37,659 nucleotides of DNA from Chitinophagaceae bacterium (GCA_037721715.1 JBBJOD010000001.1:1-37659); one strand, 5' to 3'; shown: positions 1 through 9,077, numbered from the stretch's first letter. Notes: generated by a model from the letters alone, not told the origin. Numbers and translations are program-made.

Positions 1-86
1 TCCTGCTCTTCCCTGCTAAAAGAAGGCGTTGCAATAAGTTGTTTCAGCAGGTTTACTGCATCTGCGTACAATTTCTCCGTACTCAT
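1..86 (-). CDS. M20-family acetylornithine deacetylase-like protein (ArgE-like), N-terminal fragment running off the left edge
   Basis: The reverse complement of 1..86 reads MSTEKLYADAVNLLKQLIATPSFSREEQ. This is a typical N-terminus of ArgE/M20 deacylases. It lies directly downstream of argB on the same strand, where this gene sits in Bacteroidetes arg operons. Confidence 0.5.
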   Translation of the reverse strand, partial: MSTEKLYADAVNLLKQLIATPSFSREEQ

Positions 87-180
87 AATATGATCCCTTT
101 AACAGCAGTTTCATTTGTTTGTGTAAACGATTGCATCAAATGTAGATAACGAACCGATTCCTTCTTCCGAAGGGTTGATA

Positions 181-978
181 TCAGACTATCAGCGTGCCTT
201 TTATAGCACTGGTTATATTCTGCAACAAATCTTTTGCATGTCCTATCAGCACTTCCTGTACGCCGGAATCAATAGCTTCGAAGGCATTGTCTATTTTAGG
301 AAGGATACCTTCTGACAATTTATTATTTGCGAGCAGATCAGCATACATACTTTTTGTAATCAAAGCGATTGCAGACTCTTCATCTTCCACATTTGCGAGT
401 ACTCCATTTTTTTCAAAGCAGTATATTAGCCTGATGTCATATAAGGTAGAAAGACTGACCGCCAACACAGCGGCGATGGTGTCGGCGTTTGTATTGAGGA
501 TATGGCCCTTACCGTCGTGTGTTAACGGAGCCACTACCGGAACCAGGTGGTTCTCCAATAGAATTTGCCATACAGGTAAAGGCAAATTATTTTTAAGAAT
601 ATCTCCAACAAATCCGAAGTCAATTTCTTTAACAGGTCTTTTTTCGGCAGGTATCAGGTTAGCATCGGCCCCAGTTAAACCGATAGCATTGCAATGGATG
701 GACTGCAAACGGGCTACGATCTTTTTATTGATCAAGCCTCCATAAACCATCGTAACGAGGTCAATGGTATGTTCATCGGTGATCCGTCTTCCATTGATAT
801 ATCGTGATTGTATTCCAAGTTGTCCGCCAATTTTAGTAGCTATCTTGCCGCCACCATGTATAAGAATTTTCTTTTGTGTGATATTGGCAAAATCATGCAG
901 AAACGATTGGAGAGATCCATCATCATCCAGTACATTGCCTCCAATTTTTATAATAAAGAGTTTTTCCATTTTATACAC
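181..978 (-). CDS. argB: acetylglutamate kinase
   Basis: 265-aa ORF with amino-acid-kinase motifs (IIKIGGNVLDD, LIHGGG, NTNADT) inside the arg operon. The start may be the internal Met of MEKLF (969). Confidence 0.9.
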   Translation of the reverse strand: MYKMEKLFIIKIGGNVLDDDGSLQSFLHDFANITQKKILIHGGGKIATKIGGQLGIQSRYINGRRITDEHTIDLVTMVYGGLINKKIVARLQSIHCNAIGLTGADANLIPAEKRPVKEIDFGFVGDILKNNLPLPVWQILLENHLVPVVAPLTHDGKGHILNTNADTIAAVLAVSLSTLYDIRLIYCFEKNGVLANVEDEESAIALITKSMYADLLANNKLSEGILPKIDNAFEAIDSGVQEVLIGHAKDLLQNITSAIKGTLIV

Positions 979-993
979 TTTCGTATGGAGTGA

Positions 994-1947
994 CTACATT
1001 GACAAAAGTATCTCAGACAACACGGCCTGTGCGGCCCAGACCCTGTTGCCAGCCTGCTGGGTTACAAGGCTGTTGCTGCTGTCTAGAATTTCATCACTCA
1101 ATTCAACATTTCGTCTTACCGGCAAACAATGCATCACACGGGCATTGCGGGTGAGCCTTAGTTTTTCTTCCGTAAGCATCCAGGCCGGGTCGTTGTTGTA
1201 AATTTTGCCATAGTCATTATAGGTGCTCCAATTCTTCACATACACATAATCAGCATCTTTCAAGGCATTATTCTGGTCGGTAGTAATGGCTGCGCCCATG
1301 GTAAACTCCGGCGACAGCTCATAATCTTCAGGATGGGTTATGATGAAATCCGCTTCACCCCAGGCATTTATCCATTGAGCAAAAGAATTGCTGACACATT
1401 GCGGCAACGGCTTTACATGGGGTGCCCATGACAATACTACCTTAGGCTTACGGTCTTCCACAAACGTTTCCTGGATGGTGATGATGTCTGTTAAACTTTG
1501 TAATGGATGCAGGGTGGCACTTTCTAAACTGACTATCGGCACTCCTGCATATTGCATAAATGATTTCATCACCAGCTCACTGTAGTCATCTTCCCTATTT
1601 TTTAAAGAAGGAAACGTTCTAATGCAAAGAATATCGAAATACTGGCCAAGCACAGGTGCGGCGTCTTTAACATGTTCTACCGTATTGCCACTCATGATGG
1701 CACCCTCTTCAAATTCAAGCGCCCATCCCTCTTTGTCAACATTAAAAACGATGGCTTCCATACCAAGATTGATAGCGGCAACCTGGGTACTTAATCTTGT
1801 TCGCAAACTAGGATTGAGAAACAACAGGCCAATGCGTTTGTCTTTGCCCAGGATTCGGTCTGAGAATGCATTGGCCTTGAAGGCAAGCGCTTTAATGACA
1901 AGGGCATTCAAGTCATCCACATCATTTACCGAAGTAAAGTTTTTCAA
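994..1947 (-). CDS. argF': N-acetyl/N-succinyl-ornithine carbamoyltransferase (ArgF'-type)
   Basis: Has SLRTRLST instead of the STRTR of classical OTCase, plus HPLQ and HCLPVRRN motifs. A TTG at 1947 gives MKNFTSVNDVDDL, resembling the Bacteroides ArgF' N-terminus as I recall it. The ORF-track start at 2034 adds 29 residues of non-homologous-looking sequence. Confidence 0.85.
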   Translation of the reverse strand: MKNFTSVNDVDDLNALVIKALAFKANAFSDRILGKDKRIGLLFLNPSLRTRLSTQVAAINLGMEAIVFNVDKEGWALEFEEGAIMSGNTVEHVKDAAPVLGQYFDILCIRTFPSLKNREDDYSELVMKSFMQYAGVPIVSLESATLHPLQSLTDIITIQETFVEDRKPKVVLSWAPHVKPLPQCVSNSFAQWINAWGEADFIITHPEDYELSPEFTMGAAITTDQNNALKDADYVYVKNWSTYNDYGKIYNNDPAWMLTEEKLRLTRNARVMHCLPVRRNVELSDEILDSSNSLVTQQAGNRVWAAQAVLSEILLSM

Positions 1948-2031
1948 TGGTGTACTGTTTTTAATGTGTAGAATGCGAAGGCTGTCAGCTGTCAAAAAAT
2001 AATACAAGTACCGGTTGAATCTATGCGCCAT

Positions 2032-2080
2032 CATTCACCATTCACCCCATCACTCATAACCCATAACTCATAATTCATAA
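2032..2080 (-). repeat. degenerate heptanucleotide tandem repeat, 7 units
   Basis: On the minus strand: TTATGAA TTATGAG TTATGGG TTATGAG TGATGGG GTGAATG GTGAATG. It starts 2 nt after the argD stop. Confidence 0.7.
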
Positions 2081-2081
2081 C

Positions 2082-3203
2082 TCATATCTCCTCGCTTAGC
2101 GCCTGTAAGAAAACATCCGCCTCCAATCTCGTAATATTCAAGGCAGGTAGCAAACGAATCACATTTGGTTTTGATTCGCCGGTAAAAATGTGATGCCGAA
2201 ATAACAGGTTTTTCTTTACACTTTTCATCTCTTCCGGAAGATCTATTCCTATCATCAAACCCTTTCCTCTCACCTCGCGAATATTGGGTAAATTCTTTAA
2301 TTCGGCGATTAAATATTTGCCGATTTCCTCTGCATTTTGCATCAATTGGTCCTGATCTATTACTTCTAACACCGCGAGTGCTGCTGCACAGGCCAGGTGA
2401 TTTCCGCCAAAGGTTGTGCCCAGCATAAAATGCCTGGGTTGAAATTTTGGTGCAATGGAAATAGCTGCAACAGGAAACCCGTTGCCCATCCCTTTTGCCA
2501 TCGTATAGATGTCAGCATTCATCCCGCTATAGTCATGGGAGTAGAACCTGCCGCTTCTACCATAACCGCACTGTACCGAATCTGCAATAAATACTGCATT
2601 GTATTGATCGCAAAGCCGGCGTATATTTTGAAGAAAAGAAGCTGACGCTTCAATAATTCCTCCAACTCCCTGTATTCCTTCAATGATAACTGAAGATATT
2701 TCGTTTCCTGTAAACGCTTTTTCTAATGCCGCCTCATCATTAAAAGGAAGAAAAATAACGTTATCGGTCTGGTTGATTGGCGCAACAAGATTTGGATTAT
2801 CCGTAACAGCCACCGCCAGGGATGTTCTGCCATGAAAGGCTTTACTGAAAGCAATTACTTTCTTACGTCCGTTATAAAAAGAAGCCAGCTTTAAGGCGTT
2901 CTCGTTAGCCTCGGCGCCTGAGTTACAGAGAAACAACTGGTACCCCTCTTTTCCGGAAACCTCTCCTAGTTTATCTGCTAATTCCTGCTGCAAAGGAATA
3001 TGCACCGAATTGGAATAAAAGCCTACTTTATGCAGCTGGTCCTCCAGCCGCTTCACGTAGTGCGGGTGAGTGTGACCAATAGAAATAACCGCATGGCCGC
3101 CATAGAGGTCGAGGTATTTCTGACCCTTATCATCCCAGACATAAGAGCCTGCGGCCCTTTCGATAGTGATGTCGTTAACAGGATAAACATCAAATAATTT
3201 CAT
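2082..3203 (-). CDS. argD: acetylornithine (or succinylornithine) aminotransferase, class-III PLP enzyme
   Basis: Motifs LCNSGAEANE, DSVQCGYGRSGRF and TFGGN. The conserved N-terminus MKLFDVYP starts at the ATG at 3203. The longer ORF start at 3293 cannot be excluded. Confidence 0.85.
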   Translation of the reverse strand: MKLFDVYPVNDITIERAAGSYVWDDKGQKYLDLYGGHAVISIGHTHPHYVKRLEDQLHKVGFYSNSVHIPLQQELADKLGEVSGKEGYQLFLCNSGAEANENALKLASFYNGRKKVIAFSKAFHGRTSLAVAVTDNPNLVAPINQTDNVIFLPFNDEAALEKAFTGNEISSVIIEGIQGVGGIIEASASFLQNIRRLCDQYNAVFIADSVQCGYGRSGRFYSHDYSGMNADIYTMAKGMGNGFPVAAISIAPKFQPRHFMLGTTFGGNHLACAAALAVLEVIDQDQLMQNAEEIGKYLIAELKNLPNIREVRGKGLMIGIDLPEEMKSVKKNLLFRHHIFTGESKPNVIRLLPALNITRLEADVFLQALSEEI

Positions 3204-3323
3204 ATATTTTTTATGATTGCCATTTAAATCAGACAGGTGAGCCGGGAACTTTATCGTATTCTCCTGCTCTGCAGGAATTGGTTCTTTAAGCATAATTAAT
3301 GATAATTTGTTGATGATCGAGCG

Positions 3324-4313
3324 CTAAAAAAATCCCGCCTTTAGTTGTAACCCGGCTGTTTCCTCCAGGCCGAACATCAGGTTCATATTTTGTACTGCCT
3401 GCCCGGAAGCTCCTTTGAGGAGATTATCCATTGCCGTATGCACCACCAATTTGTCTCCTGCTTTTTCTAGCTGGATGACACATTTATTCGTGTTAACTAC
3501 CTGTTTAAGAAAAATAGGCATTTGACTTACTACAGAAAATGGGTGTGTTTCATAATAATACTCATACAGTTGTCGCAATTCCATTTCACTCTTGCCGCAT
3601 CGCAATTGGGAACTTACAAAGATGCCTCGTGTAAAATCGCCACGCCAGGGTATAAAACTTACATCAATATTACCGTCCGGTTGTAGTTGTTTTAGTGATT
3701 GCCCTATTTCGTTAAGGTGTTGATGTGACAGTGTTTTATATGCCTGTATATTATTGGCCCGCCACGAAAAATGCGATGTAGACTGTAGCCCTTGTCCGGC
3801 ACCGGTAGAACCAGTTATACCCGTAGTATAAACATCTTCCAATAACCCGGCTTCTGCCAGTGGCAACAGCCCTGTTTGAATGGCTGTGGCAAAGCAACCG
3901 GGATTGGCAATATTCCTCGCATGCTGAATGGCTGATCTATTCAGTTCAGGAAATCCATAAATGAAGGGGTGACCGTTGACAGACTGGGGGTGGCCGTTCA
4001 CAAACAGTCGATGATCCTGCGACAAATCTATGATGCGGATGTTATCGTCAATTGCATTTTCCTCAAAAAATTTCTTTGCATCGCCATGTCCCACACATAA
4101 AAACAATACGTCCACCTCGCTATTCATAACAGAAGAGAAAACCAATTCCGATTCTCCCAACAGGTCACTGTGAACAGTTGAAATTAGTTTACCCGCATTG
4201 CTGTTGCTTAATACAAAACTAAGGGTAGTGTTGGGATGATTCAACAGTATTCTCAGCAGTTCTCCTCCTGTATATCCTGCCCCACCGACGATACCTACTC
4301 TTATCTTGTTCAT
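3324..4313 (-). CDS. argC: N-acetyl-gamma-glutamyl-phosphate reductase
   Basis: 329-aa ORF with the GIVGGAGYTGGELLRIL Rossmann motif and the NPGCFATA catalytic-Cys motif. Confidence 0.92.
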   Translation of the reverse strand: MNKIRVGIVGGAGYTGGELLRILLNHPNTTLSFVLSNSNAGKLISTVHSDLLGESELVFSSVMNSEVDVLFLCVGHGDAKKFFEENAIDDNIRIIDLSQDHRLFVNGHPQSVNGHPFIYGFPELNRSAIQHARNIANPGCFATAIQTGLLPLAEAGLLEDVYTTGITGSTGAGQGLQSTSHFSWRANNIQAYKTLSHQHLNEIGQSLKQLQPDGNIDVSFIPWRGDFTRGIFVSSQLRCGKSEMELRQLYEYYYETHPFSVVSQMPIFLKQVVNTNKCVIQLEKAGDKLVVHTAMDNLLKGASGQAVQNMNLMFGLEETAGLQLKAGFF

Positions 4314-4461
4314 GATATAATCTTAATCGATTCAACCGCCTCTAAGTCGACAACATTGTTACAATAATGCGAATGTGAAAAGCAATCTGAATGATGTAAA
4401 CTAAGTTATATATTGATGAAGCAGTCTACTAAAAGTTTTGATGAGAGCTGAAAGCTGAAGG

Positions 4462-5661
4462 CTATTGGCTTTCTTTCACCTGGTGCCAGATCATTGTCTG
4501 GTTGCCAAATATTTTTGTGAAGCCCCTGACATCCTCGCCCGTCCAGCCATTGTTCATCTCACCGTATTTGCCATATTTACTATTCATCAGGTCAAGTGAA
4601 GATTCGATTCCTATTACCTGGAAGCGATACGGCAAGAGTTGCACAAAAACTTCACCGGTTACATGTTGCTGTGAATTTTCAAGAAAGACTTCAATGTCTC
4701 GCATCACCGGATCTAGAATCTGGCCTTCATGAAGCCAGTTGCCATAAAATTGAGAAAGCTGGTCTTTCCAGTTCAATTGCCATTTGGTCAGCACATGTTT
4801 TTCAAGTGCATGATGCGACTTTAGAATAACCATGGGCGCGGCAGCTTCAAATCCTACCCTGCCTTTTATACCGATAATGGTATCACCCACATGGATGTCA
4901 CGGCCTATTCCAAATGGACCTGCGATAGACTGCAAAGCCTGGATAGCTTCAACCGGGTGTGCGAATATTGAATCATTGATACCAGTTAATTCGCCCATTT
5001 TGAAAACAAGCTTCACCTCTTCCGGTTCAGTTTTAGTTACCTGCGTTGGCCAGGCAGATTCTGGCAGTATTCCTTTTGAATGTAATGTTTCTTTACCGCC
5101 CACACTAGTACCCCATAAACCTTTATTGATTGAATACATTGACTTCTCGAAGTTCATCTCTACCCCTTTTTCTTTCAGGAACCTTATCTCATCTTCACGG
5201 CTTAACTGAAGATCGCGGATCGGGGTAAGGATCTCAACACCCGGAATCATAATATTAAAAATCATATCAAATCGAACCTGGTCATTACCGGCACCTGTAC
5301 TTCCATGCGCTACAGCATCTGCGTCTATTAGTTTAACGTGCTCGGCGATAAAAACAGCCTGGCTTAAACGTTCCGCACTTACACTCAACGGATAGGTGCT
5401 GTTCTTTAAAACATTGCCATAGATCAGGTATTTTATAATTTTCTCGTAGTAACTTTTTACTGCGTTGACGGTGGTGTGCGACGTTACCCCCAGCTTGTAG
5501 GCGTGTTGTTCAACCTGGCTTAACTCATCTTCAGTAAAGCCACCGGTATTAACAATAACCGAATGTACTTCATATCCTTTTTCTTCACTCAGGTACTTGA
5601 CACAATAGGATGTGTCGAGCCCACCACTAAAACCCAGTACAACTCTTTTAGATTGGTTCAT
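4462..5661 (-). CDS. argG: argininosuccinate synthase
   Basis: 399-aa ORF with the GFSGGLDTS PP-loop and typical ArgG length and layout. Confidence 0.93.
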   Translation of the reverse strand: MNQSKRVVLGFSGGLDTSYCVKYLSEEKGYEVHSVIVNTGGFTEDELSQVEQHAYKLGVTSHTTVNAVKSYYEKIIKYLIYGNVLKNSTYPLSVSAERLSQAVFIAEHVKLIDADAVAHGSTGAGNDQVRFDMIFNIMIPGVEILTPIRDLQLSREDEIRFLKEKGVEMNFEKSMYSINKGLWGTSVGGKETLHSKGILPESAWPTQVTKTEPEEVKLVFKMGELTGINDSIFAHPVEAIQALQSIAGPFGIGRDIHVGDTIIGIKGRVGFEAAAPMVILKSHHALEKHVLTKWQLNWKDQLSQFYGNWLHEGQILDPVMRDIEVFLENSQQHVTGEVFVQLLPYRFQVIGIESSLDLMNSKYGKYGEMNNGWTGEDVRGFTKIFGNQTMIWHQVKESQ

Positions 5662-5690
5662 GACAGGATAAATGGCCCCTTACCTTGCTT

Positions 5691-6395
5691 TTAAAAGTTA
5701 AAGAAGTAATGTAGAATAGATTTGGGCCTTATAATGCCGCCTCCCTGACGCCGTTTCAAAAATTTCAATAACCGGCTTTGTTTGATGTGCATGAAACGTT
5801 CATATATTTTGGAGTTCTGCTTGAAATCCTGTGCGGTTTCAACAGGCTCGTAGTGATCTGCCGGATCGTATAGCATGGCAGTACACATGCAGTTCTTTCT
5901 TTCCTTACTGATTAGAATATCGTAGTTGACGCAGCTTTTGCAACCAGCCCAAAATTCATCATCATCGGTGAGTTCAGAGTAGGTAACTGGTTCGTAACCG
6001 AGATCCGAATTTATTTTCATTACTGCAAGTCCGGTAGTAAGTCCGAATATTTTTGCATCGGGGTACTTCTCCCGGGAAAGATCGAACACTCGTTTCTTTA
6101 TTTGCTTAGCCACACCGCTCTTACGAAATGCGGGAGAAACCACCAGCCCGCTGTTGGCTACAAATTGATCATGTCCCCAGGCCTCAATGTAGCAAAAACC
6201 CACCCATGTATTATCCGTTGTGTAAGCTATCACCGCTTTACCTTCTTCCATTTTTTTTTCCAGGTAAGCAGGCGAACGCTTTGCTATTCCTGTACCTCTT
6301 GCCTTGGCAGATGCTTCCATTTCATCGGTAATTAAAACGGCGTAATGTTTATCTTCGGATGCAGCCACCCTGACGATAATGCTTGATTGTTCCAA
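5691..6395 (-). CDS. GNAT-family N-acyltransferase, first gene of the arg operon
   Basis: GNAT acyl-CoA motif (VSPAFRKSGVAKQIKK) and a Cys-rich C-terminal extension. It uses a TTG start (caa on the + strand at 6393..6395). Its position is typical of the Bacteroidetes arg-operon acyltransferase. Confidence 0.75.
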   Translation of the reverse strand: MEQSSIIVRVAASEDKHYAVLITDEMEASAKARGTGIAKRSPAYLEKKMEEGKAVIAYTTDNTWVGFCYIEAWGHDQFVANSGLVVSPAFRKSGVAKQIKKRVFDLSREKYPDAKIFGLTTGLAVMKINSDLGYEPVTYSELTDDDEFWAGCKSCVNYDILISKERKNCMCTAMLYDPADHYEPVETAQDFKQNSKIYERFMHIKQSRLLKFLKRRQGGGIIRPKSILHYFFNF

Positions 6396-6470
6396 TTTAT
6401 TAAAATTGAATAAATGAATAAAACAAAAGAAATTACGAACTATCTAAGAAAATATTACGGGGATTTTTCC

Positions 6471-6508
6471 ACTGATAGGGGCAAAGTTCATTTGCTCGTC
6501 CTATCAGT
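6471..6508 (-). other. extended hairpin in the GH3/arg intergenic region
   Basis: ACTGATAGG (6471..6479) pairs with CCTATCAGT (6500..6508). An inner stem GCAAA/TTTGC (6481..6485 and 6491..6495) also pairs. No U-tract follows on the minus strand. Confidence 0.4.
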
Positions 6509-6654
6509 AACCACGTCGCGCTCGGGAGAATGTGGTGAAGCTGAGTGAGGAAAATGCAACCCTTGAAGGAATTGTCGCCGGGTTGTAATTAATAAGAATT
6601 GATTTTTTCTGCAATTTTATTATGTATTATTAAATACTAACGCTTATTAATATA

Positions 6655-6662
6655 CAAAAGTA
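6655..6662 (-). promoter_or_regulatory. candidate Bacteroidetes -7 box (TACTTTTG) for the arg operon
   Basis: The reverse complement of CAAAAGTA matches TAnnTTTG. It implies a leader of about 250 nt. Confidence 0.3.
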
Positions 6663-6749
6663 TATTTTTTTATAATAGGGTGACTTAAAATAATTATTAA
6701 TCCTTTGTTAATCAGCTGTCAAGTTAATTCAATGGATAATAGTACCTGG

Positions 6750-8255
6750 TTAAACTTTAGATTGAATTACGAAGCTCATTAGTTGATCCGCAATCTGCCT
6801 GTCGTTACTTAGCCGGGGCACTTTATTTTGTCCGCCCAGTTTTCCAATACTTTTCATATAATCGATAAAGCCATTTTTCTGCACTGTTCTTATCTGGAGC
6901 GGCTGCAGAATATTGCCACCAACCAGGTCATCGTAATAGAGGTTTTTATTACGCAGATAGCCATCTACTTTCAATGCAAAGCTGCTTACATCACGTGGCG
7001 GGTTCTCAAATTCCACAAACCACTCATGGTAACTTTTCTGGTTATCTTGTGCTATAAAAGGTGCCACTGTAAATTCTGTGATATGCAATCCTTCTTCCAG
7101 CGCAACTTTCATCAGGCTAAATTCTACCTCTTCACCTATTACATGTTCGCCAAACGCCGATATAAAATGTTTCACTCTGCCTGTTACAACCAACCGATAT
7201 GGATTGGTTGAAAGGAACCTGACGGTATCGCCTACGTTATAGCCCCATAGTCCTGCATTGCTATTAATAACAAGCACATAATTTTCACCTGGCCTTACAT
7301 CTTTAAGCTGCAGCCGTGTGGGATGATCGTTAAGGATTTCAGTAGCGGGTATAAATTCAAAAAATATTCCACTATTTGTATTCAGCAGTAATCCTTCTTC
7401 CCTTTGAGAATCCTGAAAGGCAAAAAAGCCTTCCGAGGCTGGGTAAGTTTCAATGGTAGCCACTTCTTTCCCGATGCTTTCCAGCAACCGGGCCTTGTAA
7501 GGTTCAAAATTAACACCACCATGTGCCAGTACCGAAAAGTTCGGAAACAGTTCGCTGATTTTTTTTCCACTAACTTGGGTAAGGCGGTCAAAATACATTT
7601 GCATCCAGGGCGGTATACCGCTGATAAGGGTCATATCCTTACTAATTGTTTCTTCTACAATTCTATCCAGTTTCGTTTCCCAGTCTTCAATACAATTGGT
7701 TTCATAGCTCGGTAATTGGTTTGCACGCAAATACTTAGGTATATGATGGTTCACTATACCACTGAGCCTTCCTGTTGGCACGCTCCCAACGCGTTCCAAT
7801 TCCGGCGAGCCGGAAAGAAAGATCATTTTACCGTCTGCAAACTTATTGTTTCCAGTTTCTGCCATATAACACAACAACGCATTTCGTGCAGTGTCAAGAT
7901 GGTTTGGAATTGAATCTTTAGATATGGGGATATATTTGATCCCGCTTGTAGTGCCGGAAGTTTTAGCGAAATATATCGGCTGTCCCTTCCATAAAACATT
8001 GTGCTTACCTTCTTTTATTTGCTCGATATAAGGCTTGAAACCTTCATAATCCCGAATCTTGACTGCCTGCCTGAAATCTTCATAACTCTTAACATCTTTA
8101 AAATGATGATCGTTTCCAAAAGATGTGGGGGTTCCTGTTTTCAGGATGTTTTTGAAAATCGCCTCCTGGTCTTCTACCGCAGTAGACATAGACTTCTTTA
8201 CCTGCTTGTATATATAGGCCGCAAAGGGTTTTGCGAAGAGTGATTTAAATTTCAT
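6750..8255 (-). CDS. GH3-family (auxin-responsive-promoter-like) acyl-adenylate-forming protein
   Basis: About 500 aa with the AKTSGTTSG adenylation motif and overall bacterial GH3 layout. The likely start is MKFKSLFAKPF (8255) rather than the ORF-track start at 8279. Confidence 0.8.
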   Translation of the reverse strand: MKFKSLFAKPFAAYIYKQVKKSMSTAVEDQEAIFKNILKTGTPTSFGNDHHFKDVKSYEDFRQAVKIRDYEGFKPYIEQIKEGKHNVLWKGQPIYFAKTSGTTSGIKYIPISKDSIPNHLDTARNALLCYMAETGNNKFADGKMIFLSGSPELERVGSVPTGRLSGIVNHHIPKYLRANQLPSYETNCIEDWETKLDRIVEETISKDMTLISGIPPWMQMYFDRLTQVSGKKISELFPNFSVLAHGGVNFEPYKARLLESIGKEVATIETYPASEGFFAFQDSQREEGLLLNTNSGIFFEFIPATEILNDHPTRLQLKDVRPGENYVLVINSNAGLWGYNVGDTVRFLSTNPYRLVVTGRVKHFISAFGEHVIGEEVEFSLMKVALEEGLHITEFTVAPFIAQDNQKSYHEWFVEFENPPRDVSSFALKVDGYLRNKNLYYDDLVGGNILQPLQIRTVQKNGFIDYMKSIGKLGGQNKVPRLSNDRQIADQLMSFVIQSKV

Positions 8256-8423
8256 AACTAGTTCCCGAGAAATACGCACAAACCTACATTAAAAAGCATT
8301 AAGTGGAACTACTAAGGTAATTACTATCGGAAAGGAACAACTAAAACCTAATTTAACAATTTTTAGGATGAAGGTGCATTTTACTTTTTTTTGACGATCG
8401 TTCTCATTTCCAAATAAACTCCT

Positions 8424-8431
8424 TACCTTTG
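8424..8431 (+). promoter_or_regulatory. candidate -7 box (TACCTTTG) upstream of rplU
   Basis: Matches TAnnTTTG, and its last base lies 21 nt before the rplU ATG. No well-spaced -33 TTG was seen. Confidence 0.3.
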
Positions 8432-8452
8432 CCGTCCTAATTTTCAGAAGTT

Positions 8453-8755
8453 ATGTTAGCAATTGTTAGAATATCCGGTAAGCAATTCAGGGTTCAAAAG
8501 GACCAGACATTGTATATTCCGCAGGTAGAAGGTAACGCAGGTGATCTGATAGAGTTTTCAGATGTATTACTCTTGCAAAATGATAATGACCTGTCTACCG
8601 GCAGCGATGTGAAGGCAACTATCAAGGCAGAAATCATTAGTCATTTAAAAGGTGATAAAGTAATTGCCTTCAAAATGAAGAGAAGAAAGGGCTTTCGTAA
8701 GAAGCATGGTCATAGGACGCATTATACCCGTATTAAAATAAGTGAAATCGTTTAA
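8453..8755 (+). CDS. rplU: 50S ribosomal protein L21
   Basis: N-terminus MLAIVRISGKQFRVQKDQTLYIP, followed by rpmA. Confidence 0.95.
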   Translation: MLAIVRISGKQFRVQKDQTLYIPQVEGNAGDLIEFSDVLLLQNDNDLSTGSDVKATIKAEIISHLKGDKVIAFKMKRRKGFRKKHGHRTHYTRIKISEIV

Positions 8756-8810
8756 ATTTCTTTTTATTCGCATTTACTAAATAAGCATTTAGCATTTAAA
8801 AACTTTTTAT

Positions 8811-9077
8811 ATGGCTCACAAAAAAGGAGAAGGCAGTGTAAAAAACGGCCGCGACTCACAAAGCAAACGCCTTGGTGTTAAAATATTCGGCGGACAAGCT
8901 GCCATTTCAGGTAACATCATTATTCGCCAGCGTGGCACTGTTTATCATCCCGGCAAAAATGTAGGTCTTGGAAGAGATTTCACCTTGTTCGCTTTAACGG
9001 ATGGTGTGGTAGAATTTAAAAAAACTCGGGCGAACAAAACTCTTGTCTCTGTTAACACAACTGAAGCTATCGCATAG
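8811..9077 (+). CDS. rpmA: 50S ribosomal protein L27
   Basis: N-terminus [24 protein letters not shown] and the [10 protein letters not shown] motif. Confidence 0.95.
   Translation: MAHKKGEGSVKNGRDSQSKRLGVKIFGGQAAISGNIIIRQRGTVYHPGKNVGLGRDFTLFALTDGVVEFKKTRANKTLVSVNTTEAIA

Noticed and set aside
194-1201. Antisense ORFs inside argB/argF' (194..745, 764..1201, 808..993), and analogous ones inside most long genes (e.g. 1622..2002, 4832..5209, 6828..7211, 7404..7715, 11988..12272, 15392..15685, 34213..34584, 35255..35524, 36757..37074, 37406..37657)
   Set aside because: Each lies wholly opposite a gene with strong motif support. Their translations are low-complexity, Ser/Cys/Leu-rich and motif-free.
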